DNA of 40,134 bases from Acaryochloridaceae cyanobacterium VAR_48_metabat_390 (lineage in GTDB: Bacteria; Cyanobacteriota; Cyanobacteriia; Thermosynechococcales; Thermosynechococcaceae), in the NCBI GenBank assembly GCA_031422435.1, contig JANPLU010000085.1, positions 1-40,134 on the forward strand, read 5' to 3'. Below, piece after piece: positions 14,987-26,352 of the stretch (its first letter is position 1; each line of letters begins with the position of its first letter). The notes below the pieces were generated by a model. The model ran no database searches. It was not told where the DNA came from and saw only the letters and a program-made list of their open reading frames with translations. The translations under genes were made by a program, and so were the position numbers.

Positions 14987-17194
14987 ATGACCGCAGTTAC
15001 AACCGCTTCTGTAATTCCCAGCTTTTGCGAAGGGATCCAATACTTTGGAGAGATCTGGCCTGACTTTGAGGTTCACGGGAAAAACGCAGTCATTTCAAAA
15101 GGCATGATGGCGATCGCAGACCCCACAGACCCAAATGCGGTCTATCAAACCCTACTCGCAGCAGATGCACTGCGATATTTGACGCTCCAGGTAACAGCCA
15201 GTAAAGCCTCTGGGCACCCAGGCGGGTTTGCTAGCTCCGTTGAAGCCTACGCTAGCCTCGTGATGCTGGGGCACAAAAATATTTTTACAGAGGTCGGCCA
15301 CCACGCCCCTGGGTTCTATAGCGCCATGTTTATGGATCGTTCCCTCGAAAAAATGGGCATTGAAACCGTACAGCAGATGTGCGATCGCTTTCGGGAACGC
15401 CACGGGCTGCTGGGTCATCTATCAGGGCAAATTCCTGGGCTGCTAGGGCCAGCAGGGCCTCTTGGTCAAGGGCAGCATTTTGCGATGGCGGCAGCGCTGC
15501 TCCACCGCGATAAGCTATTCCCTTTTACCGTGGGCGATGGCGGCCTGGGTGAGCCTTATATTGTCAGCAGCATGCGGCATTTCCATACGGCCTACCCAGA
15601 AGTGACTAATTTTTTACCCGTGCTGGTCTGGAACGGCTACAGCCAAGAACACCACAGCATGGAATCTCTCCAAACCAACGAAGGTATGGTGCGATTCTGG
15701 GAGGGTAATGGCTTTGATGAAGTGATTCTAATTGATGCCAAAGAATACGACGATGCCAAGCAGGTAGGTGACTACGTCGATAGCACCGCTTTTTCATTCC
15801 AGAAACGACTGGCCTTTATGGAAGCGGTCTTAATTGCGGCAGACCAGGCCGCGCGGCTGGCTTTGGGCGGCAAGCTCACCATTTTAATTCTCAAGCAGCT
15901 TAAGGGTGCGGGGGTTCACGCTCTAGGGGCAAAGTCTCACAACCTCTATGCACACCACACTCTCGATAATGTGGATATTGTTTCGGCATTGAAACGGCGA
16001 TCGCTTTCTCCAGAAAGCTGGTCAACGGTTCGCACCAATCTTTCACGGGCTGGCGGTGGCCCTGCCGCAGAAACCGTCGTCACAGAATTTGTGCTGCCCC
16101 TGGCGGATCTCAGCGGTCTAGTTCTAGAAGAATTTGCCGTAGCTGGTGAGCCTAAGGTTTCGACCACCGCAATGGGTAAGCTAGTGGGTCAAGTTGGGCA
16201 CCTCGACAAACGCTATCTCGTCACCAACGCCGACGGCAACGAGGCATCCGGCATTGGCAACATTAACCAAGCCCTCAAAATTATTCACCCTACCGATGAC
16301 CCGCTCTATAACCAAAACCCCAACGGTCAGGTCTACGAACCCCTCAGCGAAGATGCCTGTGCTGGCTTAGCCGCAGGATTGGCGCTCATGGGCAGCCGGA
16401 CGCTGTGGTGTTCCTACGAGTCGTTTGCTATTAACGGTCTGCCCATTTGGCAAACGGTGATTCAGGCTATGGCAGAACTGCGTCGCTCAACGCCCTCTAC
16501 CATTACGCTGTTTACGGCTGGGGCGCTAGAGCAGGGACGCAATGGCTGGACGCACCAGCGACCCGAAGTAGAAGCCTATTTTGCCGCTATGATGCGCAAT
16601 GGCAACGTCTTTCCACTGTTTCCGCCCGATGCGAATGCGATTCAGGTGGCCTATGAATGGGGGCTTTCTACAAAAAACAAGGGCATTGTCATCACCGCAA
16701 GCAAATCTCCTCTGCCCATTCGCACTACCTTTGTTCAGGCTCGTCAGGGGTTTCAAGACGGTGCCTTAGTTTTACAAGAGGGAAAAGGTACCAAAACCGT
16801 GGTCTTTGCCGTGGTCGGCGACATGAGCCTTATTCCCGTCTTTGAGGCTGCTGCGCTGCTAGAGGCCGAAGGGGTGGGCGTTCGCATTGTCTCTGTGATG
16901 AACCCCCGCCGGCTCTATCGTCCCCATGACGTGGCCTGGGACACCTGCTCTGAAGCTGATGGCACGTTTCTCGACGATGCTCACTTTGATGCAATTTTTG
17001 GCGGGGATGCGCTGATTGGCGTGATTGGTGGCGCAAGCGGAATGCTGGAACCTATCATGCTTCGCAGCATGGCAAAACGTGATACCTTTGCCTGGAAACG
17101 GGGTGAAACCACCGCCAGCGCTGGGGAACTCATGGCCTTTAATGGCATTACGGCAGAAGCGTTGGTGAAGCGATCGCTAGAACTGATCCACTAA
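14987..17194 (+). CDS. Phosphoketolase (TPP-dependent, transketolase-like)
   Basis: SGHPGG, GPLGQG, TPP motif GDGG...N, YEPLSEDAC, YESF, RNGWTHQRP. Confidence 0.88.
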   Translation: MTAVTTASVIPSFCEGIQYFGEIWPDFEVHGKNAVISKGMMAIADPTDPNAVYQTLLAADALRYLTLQVTASKASGHPGGFASSVEAYASLVMLGHKNIFTEVGHHAPGFYSAMFMDRSLEKMGIETVQQMCDRFRERHGLLGHLSGQIPGLLGPAGPLGQGQHFAMAAALLHRDKLFPFTVGDGGLGEPYIVSSMRHFHTAYPEVTNFLPVLVWNGYSQEHHSMESLQTNEGMVRFWEGNGFDEVILIDAKEYDDAKQVGDYVDSTAFSFQKRLAFMEAVLIAADQAARLALGGKLTILILKQLKGAGVHALGAKSHNLYAHHTLDNVDIVSALKRRSLSPESWSTVRTNLSRAGGGPAAETVVTEFVLPLADLSGLVLEEFAVAGEPKVSTTAMGKLVGQVGHLDKRYLVTNADGNEASGIGNINQALKIIHPTDDPLYNQNPNGQVYEPLSEDACAGLAAGLALMGSRTLWCSYESFAINGLPIWQTVIQAMAELRRSTPSTITLFTAGALEQGRNGWTHQRPEVEAYFAAMMRNGNVFPLFPPDANAIQVAYEWGLSTKNKGIVITASKSPLPIRTTFVQARQGFQDGALVLQEGKGTKTVVFAVVGDMSLIPVFEAAALLEAEGVGVRIVSVMNPRRLYRPHDVAWDTCSEADGTFLDDAHFDAIFGGDALIGVIGGASGMLEPIMLRSMAKRDTFAWKRGETTASAGELMAFNGITAEALVKRSLELIH

Positions 17195-17254
17195 GGCAGT
17201 TTCTGAAAAACAGCTTGCCGTTGGCAGTAGAGAGCGGAGTCGAAGGGTACCGCT

Positions 17255-18109
17255 CTAGGCAAATACCACGGTGCGATTGCCATAGACCAGAATGCGGTTT
17301 TGAAGGTGTAAACGCACGGCTCTTGCCAACACCATCCGCTCTAGATCTTTTCCTTTACGGACGAGATCAGCTGTCTCATCCCGATGGCTCACGCGCACCA
17401 CATCCTGCTCAATAATGGGGCCTTCGTCTAGGTCTGCGGTGACGTAATGTGCCGTTGCGCCAATAATTTTGACTCCGCGCTCATAGGCACGTTGGTAAGG
17501 GTTTGCTCCCGCAAAGGCAGGCAAAAACGAATGGTGAATGTTGATGACCTTGGGGAATTGTGTCACAAAACTGGCGCTGAGTACCTGCATATACTTAGCA
17601 AGCACCACTAAATCAATTTGATGCTTTTGCAGTAACGCCAGCTCTTTTGCCTCTTGTTCGAGCTTGGTCTCTGGCGTAATGGGGAGGTATTGGTACGCAA
17701 TGCCAAATTGTTCTGCAATGGGCTGTAAATTTTCGTGATTGCTAATAATGAGGGATACATCTGCGCTGAACTCTTTTGCTTTTTGCCGCCAGAGTAGGTC
17801 AAACAAACAGTGATCTTGGCGACTGACCCAGACCGCAATCCGAGGTCGCACATCTGAGAACTGAAGCTGCCAAGTGGCACCCAATGGCTCGGCGATCGCC
17901 GCAAAGGCTGGCTCTACTAATTCACGAGGCAGCTTAAAGCCCTCTAGCTGCCATTCAATTCGGGTTAAAAATAAACCTGCTGAAAAGTCGGTATGGTGAT
18001 CGGCATGGACAATGTTGCCCCCATTGGCATAAATAAAGTTGGAGATCTTGGCTACTAAACCCTGCTGATCGGGACAGGTAATGAGAAGCGTTGCAGTGGT
18101 GCTTGCCAT
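17255..18109 (-). CDS. purU: Formyltetrahydrofolate deformylase
   Basis: ACT domain CPDQQGLVA; INIHHSFLPAFAGANPY; DLDEGPIIEQD. Confidence 0.97.
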   Translation of the reverse strand: MASTTATLLITCPDQQGLVAKISNFIYANGGNIVHADHHTDFSAGLFLTRIEWQLEGFKLPRELVEPAFAAIAEPLGATWQLQFSDVRPRIAVWVSRQDHCLFDLLWRQKAKEFSADVSLIISNHENLQPIAEQFGIAYQYLPITPETKLEQEAKELALLQKHQIDLVVLAKYMQVLSASFVTQFPKVINIHHSFLPAFAGANPYQRAYERGVKIIGATAHYVTADLDEGPIIEQDVVRVSHRDETADLVRKGKDLERMVLARAVRLHLQNRILVYGNRTVVFA

Positions 18110-18181
18110 AGATCCAGGAAAAAGGGGGATAGATTAATACTTTAGAGTGCAGCGAAGCCGCACAACGCTTAAAGTACGAAA

Positions 18182-18202
18182 ACTACGGCGCAAAGCCGTA
18201 GT
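18182..18202. promoter_or_regulatory. Inverted repeat ACTACGGC-N5-GCCGTAGT; candidate Rrf2 operator
   Basis: Perfect 8-bp arms between divergent purU and rrf2-cysK. Confidence 0.5.
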
Positions 18203-18245
18203 ATATTTATGATAGGCTGTTTACTGCCTTGGAATAACGCACATT

Positions 18246-18683
18246 GTGGAACTTTCCTGTAAAAGCGAATATGCACTCCTGGCTTTAATTGCGTTGGCAG
18301 ATGAGTTTCAAAGCAACGATCCGCTCCAAATTCGTCAAATTGCGGCTCAACAGGATATCCCAGATCGCTACCTTGAGCAGCTATTAGCCACCCTGCGGCG
18401 CTCAGGATTAGTCAGATCGCAGCGGGGTGCAAAAGGCGGTTATCTGCTAGCCCGTGAGCCAAGACAAATTACCGTACTGGAAGTTATGACTTCTATTGAA
18501 GGACGAGACATTACCTCTCCCAACGAAAACGAAGCCTCTAAATCCGCAGAAAAGAAAGTTTTAAGGGACGTCTGGCGAGGCTCCTGTGAGGCGATGCGTG
18601 AGATACTTCAAAAGCATACCCTTCAAGACTTATGCGATCGCCGAGATGTACAGCGACAGTCGGAGCTAATGTACTACATTTAG
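18246..18683 (+). CDS. Rrf2 family transcriptional regulator (CymR-like)
   Basis: YLEQLLATLRRSGLVRSQRGAKGGYLLA; upstream of cysK; lacks the IscR Cys triad. Confidence 0.92.
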   Translation: MELSCKSEYALLALIALADEFQSNDPLQIRQIAAQQDIPDRYLEQLLATLRRSGLVRSQRGAKGGYLLAREPRQITVLEVMTSIEGRDITSPNENEASKSAEKKVLRDVWRGSCEAMREILQKHTLQDLCDRRDVQRQSELMYYI

Positions 18684-18742
18684 CCTGCCATTATTGATTT
18701 TTTTTGTAACGCCTTCCTCGCACAGATTAGGAATCATAGACT

Positions 18743-19705
18743 ATGCATATTGCTCATGACATTACCGAACTGATTGGGCGCACGCCCTTGGTTCAGCTTA
18801 ATCGCATTCCCCAGAGCGAAGGCTGCGTCGCTCAGATATTGGTCAAGCTTGAGAGCATGAACCCTTCTGCATCGGTTAAAGATCGCATCGGCATCAATAT
18901 GATTCGCGTTGCCGAAGAAAATGGGCTGATTTTTCCAGGGCAGACCATCTTAGTGGAGCCAACTTCAGGCAATACCGGAATTGCCTTGGCAATGGTTGCC
19001 GCTGCCAAAGGGTACCGCCTCATTTTGACCATGCCAGAAACCATGAGTACCGAGCGTCGGGCGATGCTGCGCGCCTATGGTGCCCAGCTAGAGCTAACTC
19101 CTGGCAGCAAAGGGATGAAGGGTGCTATTCAGCGAGCGCAGGATTTGGTGGACAATATCCCGAATGCCTATATGCTCCAGCAGTTTCAAAACCCTGCCAA
19201 CCCTCAAATTCACCGCGATACCACTGCCGAAGAGATTTGGCGAGATACCGATGGGCAAGTGGACATTGTGATTGCTGGAGTAGGGACAGGCGGCACCATT
19301 ACGGGCATTGCTGAGGTCATCAAAGATCGTAAACCTGGCTTTCAGGCGATCGCCGTGGAGCCGACCAATAGCCCCGTGCTTTCTGGCGGTAAACCTGGCC
19401 CTCACAAAATTCAGGGCATTGGCGCAGGCTTTGTACCTCCAGTATTGCGGACGGATCTCATTGACGAAAATATTGCCGTAAGCGATGAAGATGCGATCGC
19501 CTACGGTCGTCGGATGGCGCGGGAGGAAGGGTTGCTGTCCGGAATTTCTTCTGGGGCGGCGCTGTGTGCAGCAATTCAAGTGGCAAAGCGCCCCGAAAAT
19601 GAAGGCAAACTCATTGTGGTTATTCAGCCTAGCTTTGGAGAACGCTACCTCAGTACGGCGCTCTTTCAGGATCTAGAGCCAGCCTTTGCGATCGCAACCA
19701 TGTAG
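18743..19705 (+). CDS. cysK: Cysteine synthase A
   Basis: SVKDRIG PLP lysine, [30 protein letters not shown]. Confidence 0.97.
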   Translation: MHIAHDITELIGRTPLVQLNRIPQSEGCVAQILVKLESMNPSASVKDRIGINMIRVAEENGLIFPGQTILVEPTSGNTGIALAMVAAAKGYRLILTMPETMSTERRAMLRAYGAQLELTPGSKGMKGAIQRAQDLVDNIPNAYMLQQFQNPANPQIHRDTTAEEIWRDTDGQVDIVIAGVGTGGTITGIAEVIKDRKPGFQAIAVEPTNSPVLSGGKPGPHKIQGIGAGFVPPVLRTDLIDENIAVSDEDAIAYGRRMAREEGLLSGISSGAALCAAIQVAKRPENEGKLIVVIQPSFGERYLSTALFQDLEPAFAIATM

Positions 19706-19725
19706 GCAATAGATTTATTTTTTCG

Positions 19726-20274
19726 TTAGATAGGTGGGTGAGTCTTAGCGCTAGATGATTGACTCTGAACAGACAATTTAGTGTGCAGCAAAGGCATAAT
19801 GTAGGCGCCTAAGCCCACCCCAGAAATGAGTCCAAAGACGGTCACAATTGGGTTACTGTAGCTCCACCAGCCCCAGTATTGCGCCCATAGTTCAGCTGGG
19901 TAAGCTAGACAAAGCAACACGGTAAGACAAAATCCGGCAATGCCGTATTGGTTGAGCCAGTAAGCCTCCCGCCCTGAGTTACGGCTGATGAACCAGCGCA
20001 TCAGCACAAGCCCCATTAGGGTGCCATAGCAGCGCATACAGACCGCCATAATGTGGGGGGGCGACAGCGCTAGCCCCATCTCTGGCTGAGGGCAAACGCG
20101 ATCGCCCATAAAATAAATAATGTTGGCAATGAGCGGCAGCAGCGGCAATGATGTAGACGCTAAAAATGGGGCTGCCAATGGCCCCCCCACAAGCGCCACT
20201 AACACAACGTCTGCAACCAGGCTTTTGAAAGGTCGCTGTAGGTTTACCGCTGATTTACTTTGCCAAACCGTCAT
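19726..20274 (-). CDS. DUF2085 family membrane protein
   Basis: VCPQP...AVCMRCYG with several TM segments. Confidence 0.75.
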   Translation of the reverse strand: MTVWQSKSAVNLQRPFKSLVADVVLVALVGGPLAAPFLASTSLPLLPLIANIIYFMGDRVCPQPEMGLALSPPHIMAVCMRCYGTLMGLVLMRWFISRNSGREAYWLNQYGIAGFCLTVLLCLAYPAELWAQYWGWWSYSNPIVTVFGLISGVGLGAYIMPLLHTKLSVQSQSSSAKTHPPI

Positions 20275-20299
20275 TCTGTTCTTGCCTTAAATTTGTGTC

Positions 20300-20962
20300 T
20301 TAAAACTCAATTCCTGCCTGTGCCTTAATTCCCTGCTCTCGAAAGGGATGCTTTACCAAAGTCATCTCTGTGACTAAGTCTGCGGCTTCAATCAGAGCAG
20401 TAGGCGCACCGCGCCCCGTTAAGATGACGTGGGACTGCTCGGGCTTTTGAGCAATACCTGTCAAAATCTCATCTAGCTGCAAATACTCGAGCTTGAGCGC
20501 AATATTGATTTCATCTAGCAATACAAGCTGATAGTCGGGGTTTTGAATATACTCCAATGCTTTAGCCCAAGCTTCTTGAGCCTTTAGAATGTCTCGCGCC
20601 CGATCCTGTGTCTCCCAGGTAAATCCTTCGCCCATGGCGTGAAACTGTATCTGGTCAGACCACAGAGCAAACACAGACTTTTCCGCAGGTTCCCAGCCGC
20701 CTTTAATAAATTGAATAATGGCAACCTTATGACCGTGCCCCAGCGATCGCAGCACCATCCCCAGCGCCGCCGTGGTTTTGCCTTTTCCGTTGCCCGTGTG
20801 GACAATGACTAGACCCTTCTGCTGCGATCGCGCGTCTAGCCGCTGTTCTTGCACTTCTTTGCGGCGCTGCATTTTTTTGCGATACTGCTCTTCACTCAAC
20901 CCTTCATACTGCTTAGGGTCTAGGGTATTGAGCGAACCCGTTTTATCTTCAGAAAAAGCCAT
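20300..20962 (-). CDS. cobO: Cob(I)yrinic acid a,c-diamide adenosyltransferase
   Basis: HTGNGKGKTTAALG, QFIKG, LLDEINIAL, LTGRGA, KAQAGIEF. Confidence 0.95.
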   Translation of the reverse strand: MAFSEDKTGSLNTLDPKQYEGLSEEQYRKKMQRRKEVQEQRLDARSQQKGLVIVHTGNGKGKTTAALGMVLRSLGHGHKVAIIQFIKGGWEPAEKSVFALWSDQIQFHAMGEGFTWETQDRARDILKAQEAWAKALEYIQNPDYQLVLLDEINIALKLEYLQLDEILTGIAQKPEQSHVILTGRGAPTALIEAADLVTEMTLVKHPFREQGIKAQAGIEF

Positions 20963-21172
20963 CAGTCTAGCAATAAAGGTCTGCCTTCTTTAAGATATAG
21001 CAGTTTTCGCATGATAGCCCTGATGCAGGATTTCAGCAGTGGGGCTGCATTGACATGTTCAACAGCGGTCTTAAAGCTGTAATAATTAAAAGGTTTTCTA
21101 AAAAATGCGGGTCGCTTTTACTGCCCTGCACCTTTTCAGACTTTCTTATTGCATTGTCGTTAACTCATTATC

Positions 21173-22963
21173 ATGCGAACTCATTACTGCGGCGAACTTC
21201 GAGGCGAACACGTGGGTCAAACCGTCACTCTATTTGGGTGGGTGGATCGCCGCCGCGACCATGGGGGCGTTATTTTTCTGGACCTGCGCGATCGCCAAGG
21301 CACGGTTCAAATTGTTAGCGACCCAGAACGCACGCCTGAGCTTTATGCCCTCGCTGAATCACTGCGGAATGAATACGTCGTCAAAGTGCAGGGTAAAGTC
21401 ACCCAGCGCCCCGCAGATTCTCTTAACCCTAAAATTGCGACGGGCGAGATTGAGATCTACGCCGAAGTGATTGAGGTCGTCAATGCTGTCCGCCAGCAGT
21501 TGCCCTTTCAGGTGTCCTCTGCGGATACAGAGACGGTACGCGAAGAGCTGCGCCTCAAGTACCGCTACCTAGACCTGCGCCGTGAGCGGATGCGCAATAA
21601 CCTTTTGCTGCGTCATCAAATTATTAAAACCGTGCGGCGCTACCTCGAAGATGTTCAGAATTTTACTGAGGTAGAAACGCCCATTCTGACGCGCTCTACC
21701 CCCGAAGGCGCACGAGATTACTTAGTGCCCAGTCGCGTTAACCCTGGGGAGTGGTTTGCGCTACCGCAGTCGCCACAGCTCTTTAAGCAACTGCTGATGG
21801 TTTCTGGGTTTGACCGCTATTACCAAGTGGCGCGCTGTTTTAGAGATGAAGACTTGCGAGCCGATCGCCAGCCGGAGTTCACCCAGCTCGACATGGAAAT
21901 GAGCTTCATGTCTCAAGCAGAGATTATGCAGCTCAATGAGGGGCTGATGCGTCACCTCTTCAAGACCGTTAAGGGCGTAGACTTGCCCAGTACTTTCCCT
22001 CAAATTACCTACGCCGACGCAATGGATCGCTACGGCACCGATCGCCCCGATGCGCGGTTTGGGCTGGAGCTGGTGAATGTCTCAGACCTATTCCAAACTT
22101 CTGGCTTTAAGGTTTTTTCGGGGGCGATCGCCCAGGGCGGTGTGGTCAAGGTTCTGCCCATTCCAGGCGGAAACGACCAGTTCTCTAACGTGCGGGTTAA
22201 GCCTGGTGGCGACATGTTTAAGGTGGCCTGCGAAGGCGGTGCCAAGGGGTTGGCCTACATCCGCATTCGTGACGGCAATGAGATTGACACCATTGGGGCG
22301 ATTAAAGATAACCTCACCCCTGAACAAATTGCGACCTTGCTAGAGCGGACTCAAGCAAAACCTGGCGATCTGCTGCTGTTTGGGGCGGGTACCACTGAGG
22401 TGGTGAACGCTTCCTTAGCGCGAGTGCGGTTGGCAGTAGGCGAAGAAATGAAGCTCATTGATCCAGACGTGATCAGCTTGCTGTGGGTTGTAGACTTTCC
22501 CATGTTTGAGTGGAACGCCGATGAGAAACGGCTGGAAGCCATCCACCATCCCTTTACCGCACCCTTGCCAGAAGACCGAAACGACCTTAAGACAGCACGC
22601 GCCCAAGCCTACGACTTGGTTTATAACGGTCTAGAAATTGGCGGCGGGAGCCTACGGATCTATGAATCAGAGCTTCAGCAGCAGGTCTTTACGGCGATCG
22701 GGCTTTCTGAGGCCGAAGCCCAAAATAAATTTGGCTTTTTGCTAGAGGCGTTTAACTACGGCACTCCGCCCCACGGTGGCATCGCCTACGGATTGGATCG
22801 GTTGGTTATGCTGATGTCGGGTGAAGAATCCATTCGGGATACGATCGCCTTCCCTAAAACGCAGCAGGCTCGCTGTTTATTGACCCAAGCGCCGTCTGAT
22901 GTGGATGCGAAGCAGCTTAAGGAGCTACAAATTCGCTCTACGGTGCAAGACAAGCCGCAGTAA
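21173..22963 (+). CDS. aspS: Aspartate-tRNA ligase
   Basis: [54 protein letters not shown]. Confidence 0.98.
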   Translation: MRTHYCGELRGEHVGQTVTLFGWVDRRRDHGGVIFLDLRDRQGTVQIVSDPERTPELYALAESLRNEYVVKVQGKVTQRPADSLNPKIATGEIEIYAEVIEVVNAVRQQLPFQVSSADTETVREELRLKYRYLDLRRERMRNNLLLRHQIIKTVRRYLEDVQNFTEVETPILTRSTPEGARDYLVPSRVNPGEWFALPQSPQLFKQLLMVSGFDRYYQVARCFRDEDLRADRQPEFTQLDMEMSFMSQAEIMQLNEGLMRHLFKTVKGVDLPSTFPQITYADAMDRYGTDRPDARFGLELVNVSDLFQTSGFKVFSGAIAQGGVVKVLPIPGGNDQFSNVRVKPGGDMFKVACEGGAKGLAYIRIRDGNEIDTIGAIKDNLTPEQIATLLERTQAKPGDLLLFGAGTTEVVNASLARVRLAVGEEMKLIDPDVISLLWVVDFPMFEWNADEKRLEAIHHPFTAPLPEDRNDLKTARAQAYDLVYNGLEIGGGSLRIYESELQQQVFTAIGLSEAEAQNKFGFLLEAFNYGTPPHGGIAYGLDRLVMLMSGEESIRDTIAFPKTQQARCLLTQAPSDVDAKQLKELQIRSTVQDKPQ

Positions 22964-23022
22964 GAAAGACTTCAGTCGGTGGATATAAACAAAGTTATGG
23001 CGCACACTCTTGACCTCAACAT

Positions 23023-23826
23023 ATGATTGTCTATAAATATTTGCATCCTGATCGTCTTGACGTGTTATCCAATGGTCGTATTCGCTTTACTCAACCTGCG
23101 GTTCTGAATGACCCATTTGAAACCCTGCCTGCATTTACTGCGTTCCGCGATACACAGCAAAAGGAAATTGCGCTAGATTTTTCACACAAAATAGAAATTT
23201 TTGATGCTTTAGGCATCAAAACAGATGAGTTGCTAAATCACTTATTCGACTCTGTATACGACAAAGTTGCGGAGCTTTTTAGCCCACACTTTGGCATCCT
23301 CAGCTTAAGCCGACGCCGAGACAACATCCTTATGTGGTCTCACTATGCTGATTCTCATCGTGGCTTTGTAATTGGATTCGATTCCGAGAATGAATTCTTT
23401 GCCCCATCCAATGGAAAAGCCAACGACGGTCTCCGCGACGTAAAATATTCGAATAAACGTCCAATACTTCCTGCTGACGGTCTCAACTTGCTCAATACAG
23501 ATGGAATGAACATGTGGAACGAGCACATATTCTTTACCAAGTCAGAAGATTGGGCTTATGAGCAAGAGATGCGAATCCTTGCATCGCCATCCGCTGCTGA
23601 TCATAAAATTCCAGTCGATAATGGTTGGGACATACGCCTGTATTCGTTTGATTCTCATGCTGTCAAAGAAATTATTGTTGGATGCCGAGCGTCCGTTGAG
23701 ACGCAGACCAAGCTGATGCAAATATGGCGTACTCAGTATCAAGATGCCGAAATGTTGACTTCCACCATAAGTCCCACAGATTTCAGTATTGAAATTAAGC
23801 AGATTGACCTCCCAGAAATCACCTGA
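23023..23826 (+). CDS. DUF2971 domain protein
   Basis: LNDPFE, LMWSHYADSHRGFVIGFD, KSEDWAYEQEMR. Confidence 0.85.
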   Translation: MIVYKYLHPDRLDVLSNGRIRFTQPAVLNDPFETLPAFTAFRDTQQKEIALDFSHKIEIFDALGIKTDELLNHLFDSVYDKVAELFSPHFGILSLSRRRDNILMWSHYADSHRGFVIGFDSENEFFAPSNGKANDGLRDVKYSNKRPILPADGLNLLNTDGMNMWNEHIFFTKSEDWAYEQEMRILASPSAADHKIPVDNGWDIRLYSFDSHAVKEIIVGCRASVETQTKLMQIWRTQYQDAEMLTSTISPTDFSIEIKQIDLPEIT

Positions 23827-23834
23827 GTGATATC

Positions 23835-24848
23835 TCAAGCAAGGATTCCGTTTTCAAAATGATCGCCTACCTTCAGCCTTAGCCCATTCGCAAAATCCCA
23901 CCCGCTCTGCTGCTTTTTCCCCGCAGGCTGAACCGACTGAAGCAGCAGTAAACCCTCGCCCGTCTGCACAACAGGCCCATGTCCTTTAGCAATTAAAACA
24001 ATTGTCCCAGGGTCAAATGACACCATTTCTTGCTGCACCAAGTCTGCCACTAGCGTTTGTAGCTCTGGCGGTAGTGCCTCTTGGTACTCCATGCCGAGGG
24101 GAACCGTTTTGAACACCTTAAGAGGCTGATCGCGGAACTGCGCTACAACATTGGGGATAAATGCACGCACCTGGTTGTGCAGGGCGATCGCAGGTTTCCT
24201 CCAGTTCATCAAAAAATCAGGCTTGTCGAGCAGACGGGCATGGGTGGCAAGCTCATCTTCCTGCGGCTGCGGCGTAATGCTGCCCTGATCTAGTTTTGTG
24301 AGCGTTTCAACCAGCAAATCAGCAGAGATTTCAGATAAACGTGCAGAAACGTCCACTACATCGTCCAGCAGCCCTACGTTTATAGAAGCCTTGAGCAGCA
24401 TGGGGCCTGTATCCATCCCCACATCCATCAGCATCGTGGTCACGCCCGTCACCGCATCGCCGTTAAAAATGCTCCATTGAATCGGGGCAGCGCCGCGATA
24501 GGCAGGCAGTAGCGAACCGTGGGCATTCACGCAGCCCAAGCGCGGCAATGCCAAAATTTTTGGGGACAAGATTTGACCGTAGGCTACCACCACAAAGGCA
24601 TCGACCTGCTGCGATCGCAGTTCTTCTAAAGTCTCAGCATCTTTTTTGACCCGAGCAGGTTGCCAGACCCGTAGCCCATGCTCTAAGGCCAACTGCTTAA
24701 CGGGCGAAGGGACGAGCTGATTGCCACGCCCACGTCGCTTATCGGGCTGGGTCACAATGCCCAAGACATCAAACCTAGAATCTGTAAGCAGGCGCGCAAG
24801 GGGCGGCACTGCAAATTGAGGCGTGCCCCAAAAAATCACTTTTATCAT
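23835..24848 (-). CDS. fmt: Methionyl-tRNA formyltransferase
   Basis: Start MIKVIFWGTPQFA (ATG 24848); NAHGSLLPAYRGAAPIQW; MDVGMDTGP. Confidence 0.95.
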   Translation of the reverse strand: MIKVIFWGTPQFAVPPLARLLTDSRFDVLGIVTQPDKRRGRGNQLVPSPVKQLALEHGLRVWQPARVKKDAETLEELRSQQVDAFVVVAYGQILSPKILALPRLGCVNAHGSLLPAYRGAAPIQWSIFNGDAVTGVTTMLMDVGMDTGPMLLKASINVGLLDDVVDVSARLSEISADLLVETLTKLDQGSITPQPQEDELATHARLLDKPDFLMNWRKPAIALHNQVRAFIPNVVAQFRDQPLKVFKTVPLGMEYQEALPPELQTLVADLVQQEMVSFDPGTIVLIAKGHGPVVQTGEGLLLLQSVQPAGKKQQSGWDFANGLRLKVGDHFENGILA

Positions 24849-25182
24849 ATTGAACGTAGATTGACCTTGCCGTAGCGTCTTTCTCCATTGTTGCGGAGTT
24901 TGCGCCCTAAAAAAACAGCGCACCTCTCGCCAAAGAGCTACGCTGCATAAACCTATCGCACCCTAACGAGGAACTTTTAATGGATAAAGCGACATCAGGG
25001 GCTTAAAGTCGATGTTAACCCAAAAAAATGAACCCTGTCTCTGTGTTAAATAACCTTTTCAATACGGTTGGGTTTTGGCTTCAGCACACAAGTGATTCAA
25101 CAAACAGGTTGCGATCGCATTTTACGCTAACCTTTTTAAACTTAGCCTTTGCTACAGTCTTATTTGTATCGGCAGGCGATTT

Positions 25183-26346
25183 ATGAAAGCGGTAAAGTCG
25201 CAGCCCTGGCACCATCCTAAATTTTGGCCTTGGGCTGCTCAGATTTTAGTATTGGGACTAATTGGCCTACTCGTGGCCTATTGTGGCAGTAACCTCGTCG
25301 CCAACTTCCAGCAAAAGCAGTTGAGCTTTGGGTTTGATTTTCTCCAGTCCCAGGCAGGGTTCAACATTGGTGAAACGCCCATTCCCTACCAGCCGACCGA
25401 TACCTATGCTCAGGCATTAGGCGTCGGTATCGTCAATTCCCTGCGTATCATGGCGCTGGGGTTAGTGCTGGCAACGTTAATGGGCACGGGGATTGGCATT
25501 GCGCGGCTGTCGTCTAACTGGTTAGTGCGGCAGTTGGGGACGGTCTATGTGGAGCTTTTCCGCAATTTGCCGCTGCTGATTCAGCTCATGTTTTGGTACT
25601 TTGCGGTCTTTTTAAGTGCGCCACCCTTTGAGCGACGAATTCGCTTCATTGGCGATTTGTCTTTGAGCCAGCGGGGGCTGCTCTTGCCCAATTTTTTGCC
25701 TCGGGTCAGTCTACTGTCCTGGATTATCTGCATTTGCATTGGCGTGGCGATCGCCCGATGGGTCTTTCGTACCCTACGCCGCCGCCAGCTCAATGGAGAA
25801 CCCGCCAGCCCTTGGTTTATGGCAGCCATCACCGTTATTTTTTGGGGCTGTATTGCCTGGGTGTTGACCAAAGAGTTTCCGTGGAATTTGGAGCTGCCAG
25901 CGGTGCGTAACAACAACATTACGGGTGGGCTGTTGTTAACCCCAGAATATTCTGCGATTTTATTTGGTCTTACCTTTTATACCGCCGCCTTTATTGCCGA
26001 AATTGTGCGGGGCGGCATTTTATCGGTACCCAAAGGCCAATGGGAAGCAGCGCGATCGCTGGGGCTTCAGCCTAATCTCACCCTACGGCTGGTGATTTTG
26101 CCTCAGGCGCTGCGGGTGATTGTGCCGCCTTTGACGAGTCAGTACCTCAACCTTGCCAAAAACTCTAGCTTGGCGATCGCCGTGGGGTATCCTGACCTCT
26201 ATTCCGTGTCTTCGACCACCTTTAACCAAACCGGACGCGCGGTGGAGGTGATTTTGCTGCTGATGGCAACCTACCTAGCCATTAGCTTGGCAATCTCTTT
26301 TGTCATGAATCTCTATAACCGCCGCATTCAAATCGTAGAGCGCTGA
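25183..26346 (+). CDS. Amino acid ABC transporter permease (AapQ/NatG-like)
   Basis: YVELFRNLPLL, AFIAEIVRGG, GQWEAARSLGL, NLAKNSSLA. Confidence 0.92.
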   Translation: MKAVKSQPWHHPKFWPWAAQILVLGLIGLLVAYCGSNLVANFQQKQLSFGFDFLQSQAGFNIGETPIPYQPTDTYAQALGVGIVNSLRIMALGLVLATLMGTGIGIARLSSNWLVRQLGTVYVELFRNLPLLIQLMFWYFAVFLSAPPFERRIRFIGDLSLSQRGLLLPNFLPRVSLLSWIICICIGVAIARWVFRTLRRRQLNGEPASPWFMAAITVIFWGCIAWVLTKEFPWNLELPAVRNNNITGGLLLTPEYSAILFGLTFYTAAFIAEIVRGGILSVPKGQWEAARSLGLQPNLTLRLVILPQALRVIVPPLTSQYLNLAKNSSLAIAVGYPDLYSVSSTTFNQTGRAVEVILLLMATYLAISLAISFVMNLYNRRIQIVER

Positions 26347-26352
26347 TCACCT

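Noticed and set aside
24849..24923. fmt N-terminal extension from 24923
   Set aside because: Fmt similarity starts at MIKVIFWGTP (ATG 24848).
25142..25155. NtcA site upstream of the amino acid ABC operon
   Set aside because: TTA-N8-TAC mismatches GTA-N8-TAC and leaves little room for a -10 box before the start codon.
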